A stretch of 63,747 nucleotides of DNA, counting the filler, from Octopus bimaculoides (taxonomy: Eukaryota), in NCBI RefSeq assembly GCF_001194135.2. It is 6 parts of 6 records of this genome, joined end to end, with 100 filler letters (N's around TTAATTAATTAA, not from the genome) between each part and the next. Parts side by side here need not be neighbours in the genome. Positions count along the whole stretch, not along the records: positions 26,249 to 38,267 come from NC_069006.1; positions 38,368 to 50,827 come from NC_068991.1; 4 more parts are not named here. The stretch is one strand, 5' to 3'. Position numbers and translations under genes: made by a program. Numbering within the stretch: the first letter of the stretch is position 1; each line of letters begins with the position of its first letter. The notes beneath the pieces were generated by a model. That model was not told the origin of the DNA, did no database searches, and was given only the letters and a program-made list of their open reading frames with translations. This document shows positions 37,196 to 49,276 of this stretch, one piece after another.

Positions 37196-37299
37196 GACCT
37201 GACGATTAACTGTATTTTTGAATAGAATTTATTTTCGATAATTTTAATTGATTTAAATTTCCTTTCTATTTGAAAATTAGTTATGAAACACGTGTAGTC
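37196..37299 (+). ncRNA. Candidate minimal type-I hammerhead ribozyme with complete catalytic core
   Basis: GAC-CTGACGA-TTAACT-(67 nt, partly paired)-AGTTAT-GAAA-C-ACGT-G-TA-GTC. CUGANGA, GAAA and the GUA triplet are all intact. Stem I is GAC/GTC and stem III is the palindrome ACACGTGT. Confidence 0.7.
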
Positions 37300-37744
37300 A
37301 TTTTATTATCTTTATCTTATGATATTTACTTTGTATTATATTATACTCATTTATTGTGCTTTTAATTATTAATTTTTCTATATGTGATAGAGGATTTTCA
37401 TCGATGAGTTCATGAACCTTGGTTCTTTTCCCTAAAACTATATATTTATATATATATATATGCCACCATCTCTATCCTGCTGTCTCCCACTCTCTCTCTC
37501 TCCTTCTCCTGCACTTCCCTCAGGCTGGTTAACCATGTATTTCCTTTACGGCTGTGTGCCTGTTTCTGTCTTCATTCTTGATCTCTCTCTCTCTCTCCAG
37601 CCAGGTAACTGTGTACCTCCTCTACAGCAAGATACCTGTTTCTGTCTCACTATAACCTTTCATCATTCGACACAAGATCACCTCCTCCAATGCCCCACCC
37701 CTCTTGAAGGTTTTTTTTTGTCTTGCAAGTACTTGGTGACTCTG

Positions 37745-38020
37745 TCAGTGCAGGTGCCACTTAAAAGCACCCAGTCAACACTGTAAAGGGTTGGCATCTG
37801 GAAGGGCATCCAGCTATAAAAACCTTGCCTGTGCTTGTGCCACATGAAAAGCACTAAGTCCCTCTTGCTGACTGGTTGGTGTCAGGAAGGGCATCGAACT
37901 AAAAAAAATGTTGCCAAAACAGTTACAGAAGTCTGGTGCAGGCTTCTCTCTGGCTGGCTCCTGTCAAATCGTCCCAGCCATGCTAGCATGAAAGGTGGAT
38001 GTTAAACGATGATGATGATG
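37745..38020 (+). mobile_element. RTE-type 3' tail fragment (SINE or LINE UTR) ending in (GAT)n
   Basis: GGAAGGGCATCCAGCTATAAAAACC...CCCAGCCATGCTAGCATGAAAGGTGGATGTTAAACGATGATGATG. Confidence 0.7.
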
Positions 38021-38378
38021 CATGAGAGAGAGAGACAGACAGACAGGCAGAAAGAGAAGAGAGCGTTCTCACACATACACACTCTCTCTCTCTATCTATA
38101 TATATAAAGAGAACAAGAGTGTTCCTACACCACTATATATATATATCTATCTATCTATATATATATATATATTACAAATTAAAAGGGTAAAGGATTATCA
38201 ATTTATTAATTTATTAATAAATCAACAATTAATAATTTTTACCAAGCCCTTCGGTATGTAAGCACCANNNNNNNNNNNNNNNNNNNNNNNNNNNNNNNNN
38301 NNNNNNNNNNNTTAATTAATTAANNNNNNNNNNNNNNNNNNNNNNNNNNNNNNNNNNNNNNNNNNNNATCATCATCAA

Positions 38379-38413
<35 letters not shown>

Positions 38414-38889
38414 ACAGCAGCAGCATCATCGCCATTATCATCATTATCATCAACAACAACAACAGCATCGGGAACATCATCATCATCTCATCATCGTCAT
38501 CATCATCCCCATCAACAACGGCAAGAACAACAATAACAGCATCATCATCATCATTATCATCAACAACACCAACAGGAACAACAACATTACCATCATCAAC
38601 AACAACAGGAACAGTAACATCATCATCATCATCATCAATAATAGAAAATGAAACGAAAAATTATTGCCTGGCTGAAGCGCTGACATTGTTTCAAATCGAT
38701 GATACTTCATCTTCGATAAGCGAACAACTAATATTTTAAAGTAAGTAAATAGGCTGTAAAAGAAAAAATTAATTAATACGATTTAAACAGAATTTGAAAT
38801 TAGAAATATTTTACAAAACCAAAATGCTGTAAAAAACCTTAGACCGGTTGCCTCTTTTCCCAGTCCCTTCTCTACCCCCTACTTAAGTC

Positions 38890-39435
38890 AGTCATTGGTG
38901 TTTTATCAATAGACCAATTCCATAGGAGACATCAAACGGAAATCTAGACGTCACTAACTCGCCTTTTTTTTTTTTTTTTTTTTTTTTCAACCGGAAACTT
39001 TATTTAGAAGTTAGAGGCAGAAAAGTGAGCCGGGCAAAACATACGAAGGAAATGTTATTCATTTTTTCCGTTAAATTATTTTTTCTTTAATGATTATTTT
39101 GCTTCTGTGTTTATTTGGATTGGTTTGTGGTTTTTATGATTTTTATTACGGAGCTTAACACAACTGCAACAGAAATTAGCTCCAGTGTGAAATTGAGAGG
39201 ATTTTTTCACAGTCATTAACAAGCAAAATTTTTTTTAATGAATTTCGAGAAATGAATGTGCTAAAATATAATTTTACGACATACTTCACAGCAATTCTGA
39301 ATTTTTTTTTTTATGGTAGCTAGGAGCGAATTGAATAATTTTTCATAACAGCAACATGTGTAAGTAAACATGTTTTAAGGTTGGTGTGTGGATCTAGTTT
39401 CGGATAAGTGGGATTGAATTTCCTTCTAAGTAAGT
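38890..39435 (+). promoter_or_regulatory. Possible promoter and 5' exon (CCAAT x2, CRE-like, ETS, two GTAAGT donors)
   Basis: ATTGG 38894-38898, CCAAT 38914-38918, GACGTCA 38947-38953, CCGGAA 38991-38996, GTAAGT at 39360 and 39430. The sequence is apparently non-repeat. Motif evidence only. Confidence 0.3.
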
Positions 39436-39755
39436 ATATTTAATGTTAAGTGTACAGTGTGGGGGAGGGGAAAATGAGGATGCAATGCGCGCACACTCAT
39501 ACATTCACTCACAGACTTACACACACATACACATAAATACATACGCACAGGCACACACTGGCATACTCACACCCAATCAATCACACACACATGGGCATAA
39601 TCATAAACACATTTTTAATCATATTCGCATACACACACACACACATAAACACAGAATATATATTCACACGCAGAGACATTATGTGTGTGCGCACGCGCAT
39701 GTGTGTATGCATATATATGTGTGTTTCTGCATTTGTGTACGTATGAACGTTTTTG

Positions 39756-39810
<55 letters not shown>

Positions 39811-40934
39811 GCTCGCACGCACAAGTTTGAGATTTGTATCAAAGGAAGGGGTTATACCAGTATCATTCACTGACCCTTAAAAACCAGATTCAGATGGACG
39901 CAGTTTTTACTCAATTTGAACAGTAGCATTCAGCTGCTACCGGAAAAAAACATGACCAGAGAAGACATTCCCAATAGTAGCTGTGTATGGAAGGAAAGGA
40001 ATGAACATAGAAGTTAAAACATGACCTTGGGAGTGCAGAACGACAATAGTAAGTGATATGATCTTAAATGGAAGTTAGTGTAGACTACACCGCTGGGAAG
40101 AGCAGCTTCCATTGTAAGTGATAGAAAAGCTAGTGAAACGAAAATGTATGTTCGTTGGCCAAATGTTTGAGCATGTCTGAGTGATTTCATGCTAATCCGT
40201 CGGGTGGCCTTTCTTTGGATGTGTTTTGGGATTATTCGCGCTCAGCAGCATGTGAATTTGTGTTTGTGTGTGTGTGTCTGTGCGTGCGTTTGTGTGTGTG
40301 GTGAGGGACAAACACAGATATGAAGACACGCAAACACAAACACACATATAATAATAATAATAAATAAATAAATAAATAATGATAATGATAATAATTATTA
40401 TTATTATTATTTGAAGCTTATAAGCGACCGCCTTGTATTGGCTAAAAAAAATAGTTTAAATTGGAGCATGTAACCCCATGACGAAAAAATATTGGGTATT
40501 ATCACATATACACATGTATGTGTGTGTGGCTTCTTTTAGTTTCTGTCTACGAAATCCTCTTGCTAGGCTTTGCGCCTCTACAATTTCACCATGGCCTATT
40601 CAGAGAAGTACTCTCAGCTCCTATATTCTATGGTGACTATTTGTTTCTTTAAGTTTGGATATTTTAAAGCCAACGCTAATATTCTTATTTGTTTTTATTA
40701 AAAAAAAAATAATCGTCATCTGATTTTTATGTTTTGATAATTCCAGATTCAGAATCTGCAAATGCATTTTTGTTTATTAATTATTTTTGTAATTAGTAAC
40801 TAATTAGTGTCTTGGGATTTACAGTTGCCTTTTTATGTGTGCGTTACGAATAGAAATAATATTTTTATATGAATAAAATATCGTTTCATTGTATAAATAT
40901 ATTTTGTTTACATTAGTAACATTTTCATCCACAT

Positions 40935-41095
40935 AGGCGCAGGCATGCTGTGTGGTAAGAAGTTTGCTTCTCAACCACATGGTTCCAGGTTCAGTCCCAC
41001 TGCATGGCACCTTGGGCAAGTATCTTCTACTATAGCCTCAGGCCGACTAAAGCCTTTGGAGTGGATTTGGTAGAAACAAAAAGAANNNNNNNNNN

Positions 41096-41139
<44 letters not shown>

Positions 41140-41720
41140 ATGTTGTATATGTGTGTGTGTGTGTGTGTGTATGTTGTATATGTGTGTGTGTGTGTCTGTG
41201 TTTGTCCCTCAACCAACGTTTGACAACGGGTGCTGCTGTATTTACGTCCCCCGTAATATAGCGGTTTGGCAAAAGACCCGATAAAATAATTACCAGACTT
41301 TAAAAAAATGTACTGGGGTCGATACATTCGACTAAAAATTCTTCAAGGCGAGTGCCCCAGCATGGCCGCAGTCTAATGATTGAAACTAGAAAATAATAAA
41401 AGTCATATATATTTCGAAATGAACAAAACACGCGGGGCTGAAGACCAGAAAGAGCGGCGCGGGACCACAAAGGCTAGAGTAATCTCCTCCCCCACCTAAG
41501 TTATATTTACTCTTTTACTTGTTTCAGTCATTTGACTACGGCCATGCAGGAGCACCGCCTTTTAGTCGAGCAAATCGACCCCAGGACTTATTCTTTGGAA
41601 GCCAAGTACTTATTCTATCGGTCTCTTTTTACCGAACCGCTAAGTTACGGGGACGTAAACACACCAGCATCGGCTGTCAAGCGATGATGGGGGGACAAAC
41701 ACAGATACATATATATATAT
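40935..41720. mobile_element. Two family A SINEs tail to tail: + (40935-41400) and - (41505-41720)
   Basis: The shared body GTTTACGTCCCCGTAA..TAGCGGTT.GG / CCGAACCGCTAAGTTACGGGGACGTAAAC is present in opposite orientations. Confidence 0.85.
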
Positions 41721-43269
41721 ATATATATATANNNNNNNNNNNNNNNNNNNNNNNNNNNNNNNNNNNNNNNNNNNNNNNNNNNNNNNNNNNNNNNNNNNNN
41801 NNNNNNNNNNNNNNNNNNNNNNNNNNNNNNNNNNNNNNNNNNNNNNNNNNNNNNNNNNNNNNNNNNNNNNNNNNNNNNNNNNNNNNNNNNNNNNNNNNNN
41901 NNNNNNNNNNNNNNNNNNNNNNNNNNNNNNNNNNNNNNNNNNNNNNNNNNNNNNNNNNNNNNNNNNNNNNNNNNNNNNNNNNNNNNNNNNNNNNNNNNNN
42001 NNNNNNNNNNNNNNNNNNNNNNNNNNNNNNNNNNNNNNNNNNNNNNNNNNNNNNNNNNNNNNNNNNNNNNNNNNNNNNNNNNNNNNNNNNNNNNNNNNNN
42101 NNNNNNNNNNNNNNNNNNNNNNNNNNNNNNNNNNNNNNNNNNNNNNNNNNNNNNNNNNNNNNNNNNNNNNNNNNNNNNNNNNNNNNNNNNNNNNNNNNCT
42201 CTGCCTCCCTCCCTCCCTCCCACTCTCTCATGTGTGTGTGTGTATATATATGTGTATGTATATATATATATGTGCGTATTTATATGTATAAGGATGATAT
42301 TGTGTGCTGCTCATCCATGTCTACAACTCGTTTTCTGTCTCAAACCCTTATTCTTCGTCTACCAGCGTCTACTAATAATGTACTCTGAAAGGATTCATAA
42401 CATATCCTTACTGTTCGTTTTTCTTTCTTTCTTTCTTTGCTGTTGTCAACCTCTATTTTTGAGGTCTTTTATATGTTTTGTACTCCAAGATACCTCACCT
42501 AGCAGTTTGTTAGCTGCCATGCCTTACTAACAAGACAAACACAGGCTTCAGCTTTTGCCTATTTAAATATCTTTACACTCATATAACATTCAATTTCTTA
42601 TCTTCAACTAAAATCTGCTTGCTTTGACGCCAAGATTTTAGTCATTAAAGATATCGTATACACAAGAATCGGTCATAAAAGTAGTCTAGCTTTGGTTTTT
42701 GTGAATATTTCCATCTTCTGTGTATGCTAAGGAACTTTTATTTTAGTTAGGCTTACTCAGCAGGGTTCCAGTGGAGCCTCTTTTAAGTTTTCCAGCTTCC
42801 CCTATTTTCTAATCTTTTAATCAACGAGTAATTTTACAGCGGCTTATTTTCTGATAGAGAAACGAACTCAAGCAACTGGATAAGATAGAGAAAAAGAATT
42901 CTTTTTCGTTTGATTTATCGTTTTTGTAGCGACTATTTCTGACAAGAACTGGTAAATATAAACTTTAAAGCATGCTAGCAAAACATTTTGACAACTTTTA
43001 TGTGACATCACAAAAGATGGAACGTCGTGATAGTTTTGAGATTTCAACGGTGATAATGCAGCGACGTGGAGTTGGTCACTCACTGAGAATTCTGGTTTGG
43101 TTAGAATCCCAGAACAGGATAAAATGTATTCATTCTTATTAGTGGGCTTGTGCTTTTTACATGGAATAACTATTAAATGTATAGATCTCAGGGGCCGCAT
43201 ATAAAACAACAGTCTCTATATGATGTGTGAAATTAAATTAGTTTCTGTTTATCTGTTTTGCCTGGCTCT

Positions 43270-43500
43270 ACACCAGTAACGACGAGTGTTCCAATTGATC
43301 CGACCAACAGGATAGACTGCTAGTAAAATTAATGTGCAAATGGCTGAGCACTCCACAGACACGCGTACCTTTAACGTAGTGAGTGGACTGGCGCAATGAG
43401 AAATAAAGTATTTTGCTCAGTGACACAAAGCGCCGGCGAGGATCGAACTCACGGCTTTACGAACATGAGCCGAATACACTGGCCACTAAGTCACGCGCCT
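43270..43500 (-). mobile_element. Family C SINE, internally deleted
   Basis: Family C body joined to a reverse tRNA-like head (GGATCGAACTC...CCACTAAGTCACGCGCC). Confidence 0.7.
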
Positions 43501-43553
43501 TCTCTGTTTTTGCTTAGACTAGAAGAGCAGAAACAGACCAAATTAGATATATA

Positions 43554-44876
43554 TCAGGTCATCCCATAAGTTCTGTCCGAATTTTTTGAATACAGAAAAC
43601 AAGTGATCAAATGTTATATTTAATTGAAATTTAATCATCAATGTACTTTTCCTGACTATCTATGACTTCCTTCCATCTATTTACAAGCTTTTTGATCCCA
43701 TCAATGTAAAACCCTTTTGGTTTCAAAGCGAAGAACTCTGAAATGTCAGTTTCGACCTNNNNNNNNNNNNNNNNNNNNNNNNNNNNNNNNNNNNNNNNNN
43801 NNNNNNNNNNNNNNNNNNNNNNNNNNNNNNNNNNNNNNNNNNNNNNNNNNNNNNNNNNNNNNNNNNNNNNNNNNNNNNNNNNNNNNNNNNNNNNNNNNNN
43901 NNNNNNNNNNNNNNNNNNNNNNNNNNNNNNNNNNNNNNNNNNNNNNNNNNNNNNNNNNNNNNNNNNNNNNNNNNNNNNNNNNNNNNNNNNNNNNNNNNNN
44001 NNNNNNNNNNNNNNNNNNNNNNNNNNNNNNNNNNNNNNNNNNNNNNNNNNNNNNNNNNNNNNNNNNNNNNNNNNNNNNNNNNNNNNNNNNNNNNNNNNNN
44101 NNNNNNNNNNNNNNNNNNNNNNNNNNNNNNNNNNNNNNNNNNNNNNNNNNNNNNNNNNNNNNGGTTGAGTTTTTTCCCTTTTACCAAGCCACTATTTACG
44201 ACGTTTGACATTTCGATAGAAGATCCATTTTTCGTCACCAGTCACAAGTCTATCCAAAAAGGGTGAAATGAGTTTGTGAGAATGGAGAGAAGAGCAGATG
44301 TCAACTCGGGATTTGCTGTTGCTTTCGGACAATTCATAAGGCATCCATTTTCCAAGTTTAGGAACCTTTCCAAGTTGTTGAAGATGACGATGAACAGTTG
44401 TATAGTTTGAACTAAGCTTTATTGCCAATTCTTCAACTGATAATGCAGGATTTTCTTCAAGTAAGGCCTCAAGAAGCTTATCATCTAACTCAACTGGACG
44501 TCCTGTTCGATCTTCATCTTCAAGGCTGAAATCTCCACTTCTGAATTTTGGAGACCATCTTCTGCAAGCTTTTTCATTCAAATATTCTTTCCCATAAACT
44601 GAGTATATGTTTCGAGTCGATTCGGCTGCAGAGTTTCTTTATTTGTACTCATAAAGAATTATGTGCCTCAAATGCTCTTTGGATACTTCCATGTTAGAAA
44701 GGGTTTTAATCAAAGAAATTTTAATTCTATTATTCTGTAAAATAATATTTAATTAGTTTAAATGTACACAAATGCATAAAAATAATTTTAAATTCCATTA
44801 GACATTCTAAAATTCTATTAAATTTCATTCAATTAAAAAAAAGGTAAAATCGGACAGAACTTCTGGAATGACCTGA
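43554..44876 (-). mobile_element. Full-length mariner (Mos1-like) DNA transposon, inactive
   Basis: 27-bp TIRs TCAGGTCATCCCATAAGTTCTGTCCGA / TCGGACAGAACTTCTGGAATGACCTGA (2 mismatches), with TA on both sides (43552-43553, 44877-44878). Confidence 0.95.
43631..44692 (-). pseudogene. Mariner transposase pseudogene (about 354 codons, middle in an N gap)
   Basis: MEVSKEHLRHIILYEYK*RNSAAESTRNI...FRSGDFSLEDEDRTGRP...LGKWMPYEL...FLDRLVTGDEKWIFYRNVK*...FFASKPKGFYIDGIKKLVNRWKEVIDSQEKYIDD*. In-frame stops are present. Confidence 0.93.
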
Positions 44877-45849
44877 TACTTTTTAATATCTGTATGGGAA
44901 TAAGTAGATGTAAGAATTAAACGATCAAATGAAGCTATACGACTACAGGTAAGAAATTATATGTGTTTGTATTAGTAAGAGTTTATAATACGATTTTTAC
45001 TCTGAACCAGAAGAAAATACCGCCAAAATATCTTTATTAATTGTTGTCTATTTGAAAGATTTCTGTCAGTTTATTTTGTTTCTGATTGACTGATGACATA
45101 ATAAAAGGTTAAACTTTGATAGAAAGGTGGTCTTAGGATGAGAGGGGGATTTGAGCAGCAGCAACAGCAACAGAAGTAGTAGTAGTAGTAGTAAAAGAAA
45201 AATAGCTAATGGCAATAATATATTTAATCTGTTTGTCATAGAATTTGTTTCTGCGTGAAACTTCAATGGAACCTATTTCTTAATGGTTTCATCTTCCAGA
45301 AATTCATAGAATCTTGGTTCCAATACTCCATTAACTCAAGATTTCCAGTATTACTTATGAAATGTGTAAAAGCATAACAAATGTACCTTAGTGAAAACTT
45401 TAAAAATGTTCTTGATACACAAGTCATTGTAATACAGAAATACCTCACATAACGATTCTCACCAAAAGATCACCGGCATTAATGATTTTTTTAAAAATGA
45501 AATCATGAGAATTAAGTGAACACAAGAAACGCTGAGCATTCTTATTGATTATACTAAAAATTTATTTCGCATAATGCCCCCCGATGTTTCTTCATGCAGA
45601 CAATCAGTTTATATGTTGATGTGATGTCTACATGCTGATGTCGCATCTTCTGTTCTATTCTTTCCTCTTACATTCGTTTTACATTAACCAGTCAGGACTG
45701 CTATTTTAGCTAATAATCTTGTTATGTTTATTACAATATAGCATAAAAATAGTCATCAACCGGATATATTATAGCATATACTAACTAGCTTTCCATTATT
45801 CACGAATGTATAACTTAGATTAGCTGGCTTATTCACACACAAGGGTAAA

Positions 45850-45920
45850 ATGGCGGCTGGCAAACCGAAGTACTATGCACATCCTGGAATTTCAGAGAAA
45901 CCATGGAATTTGATTGTTAG
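45850..45920 (+). CDS. Candidate first coding exon of an unidentified gene (MAAGKPKYYAHPGISEKPWNLIV-, phase 2)
   Basis: AAA-ATG-GCG start context overlapping a YY1-type AAAATGGCGGC motif, open for 71 nt, ending at AG|GTACGT, in apparently non-repeat DNA. I recognise no protein and found no convincing next exon. Confidence 0.3.
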
Positions 45921-46104
45921 GTACGTGTCCGCCATTTATAACGTTGTTCCAAAGTAACTTCGCCACTCATTTAATGATTTTTCACTTAAGGATTGGGTTT
46001 TTCAAACAAGTTGAATAGTTAAACGGAGATATAACTGTAAGAACTACAGGATGGTATATATTTGATTGATTCTCGCCTTGATGTTCTAACTTTATTCACT
46101 AAGG

Positions 46105-46378
46105 CGCGGGCATGGCTGTGTCGTAGGAAGTTTGCTTCCCAACCACATTGTCCGGGGGTTCAATCTCGATGCGTGGCACCTTGGGTAACTGTTTTCTACT
46201 TTAGCCTCGAGCCGACCAAAGACTTTTGAGTGGATTTGATTGACGGAAACTGAAAGAAGCCCGTTGTGCGTGCGTGCGTGAATAAATACCAAGCTTGAAA
46301 AAAAAACAGTACAGGGGTTGATTCATTTGACTAAAGCTCGAGCTTGATTTCAGTCTAACGACTGAAACAAGTGCAAGA
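46105..46378 (+). mobile_element. Family A SINE, diverged
   Basis: GGCGCGGGCATGGCTGTGTCGTAGGAAGTTTGCTTCCCAACCAC...GACTGAAACAAG. Confidence 0.8.
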
Positions 46379-47761
46379 TTATTAGTTAGCTTTCAGGATA
46401 GATGAATCACTTAGATACAGATCAGGCTTTAAATAGGACAGCTTGCAAAGTTACTTCTTTGTTGAATGTAGATGAAAATAATAAATGAAATACCAAATGG
46501 AATTCAACGGTTCTAGTCAATGTTAGATTATAACTAAATTTGAAATTGACTTTATTTCTAAACAGAGGATCCTTTATATCGCCACTTACCCTGACGTCCT
46601 CAGCATTGCTCCTTACACATATTTTATTTGAAAACCATATTAGATGAGTTGAAGTTCAATAGTGACGGAGATTAGTGAGGCTTTAAACAGTTTTCACCTT
46701 CTTGTTGAACTGTTGTTGTTGTTGTTGTTTTGTCTCAAAACAGCCTTACCTGAACAGCGTTATGAAGAAAGGCATCACTGCTATGATCATCCGTAGGTGT
46801 TGCTGCAGCTGGTGGTGGTGGTGGTTTTGGTGGTGGTGCTGGTTTTGGTGGTGGTGGTGGTGGTGGTGGTGGTAGTGGTGGTGGTTTTGGTGGTGGTGCT
46901 GTTGATGGTGGTGCTGGTGCTGGTGACGATGGTGGTGGTGGTGGTGGTACTGGTAGTGACGGTGGTCTACTAACGGTGAATGTTGGTTCTCGTATTGATA
47001 TATTGCTGTTATTTCAGTTGTTCTGAAGAGACGCTGATTGTTTTTGTCAATATGATTATTGCTAGTATTGTAGGCATTTTCATTCTTTGTTGTTATCGTT
47101 GCTGTTATTGTTGTTGCTGTTGTATTTCGTTGTTGCTGTCATCGTCGTCGTCGATGAGGCAGCTGTTGGTGCAAGAGTCGACAGAACTGATATAGAGGTT
47201 GTTGACAATATTTTTATTTACATTGTTGTTGAGAATGTCGGAGTAGGTACTGGAGTGATTATTAATTTCTCGCTATTGATCTTCAGATAAGAACGACAAG
47301 ATTAAAAGAAGTGAAGTTTAATTCAATGAGATAACATCTTTATCATGATTAGCCTTGTAAATATTGTTAACCTCTTAGATCAAGCGGCTGGTGAGAGAGG
47401 ATCAGTTTTCTACAGAAACTTCAGTTGCCGATCAGAATGACGCTTTCAAACGCGGACGTCGATGGATTGCAAGATATTTCTCTGCGATTATATTTTGATT
47501 GATGATGTGCTCTTCTGGTTGTTATTATCGTATTTCTCCCATTCTTGTATATAGCATGACAAGTTTAATTTCGAAATGAGTCATAGTGAGTTAGCTAAAG
47601 AGAGAAAGGAAAGACGGGACGATAAAACAACACGCGCGCAAACATACAAACATGCATACATACATGCATGCATGCGCGTATGTATGTATGTATGCATGTA
47701 TATAAATAGTAATATATATATACATATATATATATGTATATATGTGTGTGTGTGTGTATAC

Positions 47762-47793
<32 letters not shown>

Positions 47794-47995
47794 ATTCATA
47801 TGCATGTCTATATATGCATGTTGTATATACATATGTATATGTATGCGCCTGTGTATGTACCTATGCATTTAACTTGCTATTTATTTCTCTCTCTATATCT
47901 CTCTCTCTCTATATATATATATCTCTCTATATATATATATATCTCTCTATATATATATATCTCTCTCTATACATATATCTCTCTCTATATATATA

Positions 47996-48040
<45 letters not shown>

Positions 48041-48682
48041 CTCTCTCTCTATCTCTCTCTCTCTCTATCTCTCTCTCTCTCTCTATCTCCCTCTCTCTAT
48101 CTATCTNNNNNNNNNNNNNNNNNNNNNNNNNNNNNNNNNNNNNNNNNNNNNNNNNNNNNNNNNNNNNNNNNNNNNNNNNNNNNNNNNNNNNNNNNNNNNN
48201 NNNNNNNNNNNNNNNNNNNNNNNNNNNNNNNNNNNNNNNNNNNNNNNNNNNNNNNNNNNNNNNNNNNNNNNNNNNNNNNNNNNNNNNNNNNNNNNNNNNN
48301 NNNNNNNNNNNNNNNNNNNNNNNNNNNNNNNNNNNNNNNNNNNNNNNNNNNNNNNNNNNNNNNNNNNNNNNNNNNNNNNNNNNNNNNNNNNNNNNNNNNN
48401 NNNNNNNNNNNNNNNNNNNNNNNNNNNNNNNNNNNNNNNNNNNNNNNNNNNNNNNNNNNNNNNNNNNNNNNNNNNNNNNNNNNNNNNNNNNNNNNNNNNN
48501 NNNNNNNNNNNNNNNNNNNNNNNNNNNNNNNNNNNNNNNNNNNNNNNNNNNNNNNNNNNNNNNNNNTATATATCTATATATCTATATACACGCACACGCA
48601 TATATATAATATAAACATATATATCCACATCCACACACACACACACATATACATATACATATATATGCTTTCATACATGCAT

Positions 48683-48722
<40 letters not shown>

Positions 48723-49233
48723 CACATGTATGTACATGCATATACATACATACATACAGACATACATACATACATATCTATATATATATTATATGTATGT
48801 ATATATGTTTATATGGGAAAACGATTTCCTTCATCAATGTTTTAAGTCTATACGGCTAAATCTATTGTGTCACTTATTCATTAAATAAAGGGCGAGGAAG
48901 AAAAGATAACCTTTTTAATGACCTCATTCAGAGTTACTTGATAAATGCTGTGGTTTAACCTTCATATTCAGATATCATCTGCCAGAAGATATACTGGTTA
49001 TTTTTTCTTCAAGGTTTTGGTGGGTGATGCGGGGTAGAAACCGATGAGAAAGTGGTTTCGTTGGAGATAGAAAGGCTTAGGTAGAAGGTCAAATGTCATC
49101 ACAACTGTTGCTTGGAAATGCTGTTGGAAAAATTTGTAGTGAGAACAGAGCGGCTTACATTTCATCTGTCCTTCTCTTTCTCTATCTCCCCACCGCTCTA
49201 TATTTCTTTTTCTTTTTCGCTCGTACAGTATAC

Positions 49234-49276
<43 letters not shown>

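Noticed and set aside
47379-47498. Possible terminal exon IKRLVREDQFSTETSVADQNDAFKRGRRWIARYFSAIIF*
   Set aside because: The acceptor is only moderate, I recognise no homology, and the phase does not match the 45850 candidate.
49008-49037. FKVLVGDAG* resembling a small-GTPase P-loop
   Set aside because: There is an immediate stop, no GKS/T, and no further G-box motifs in any frame. Probably chance.
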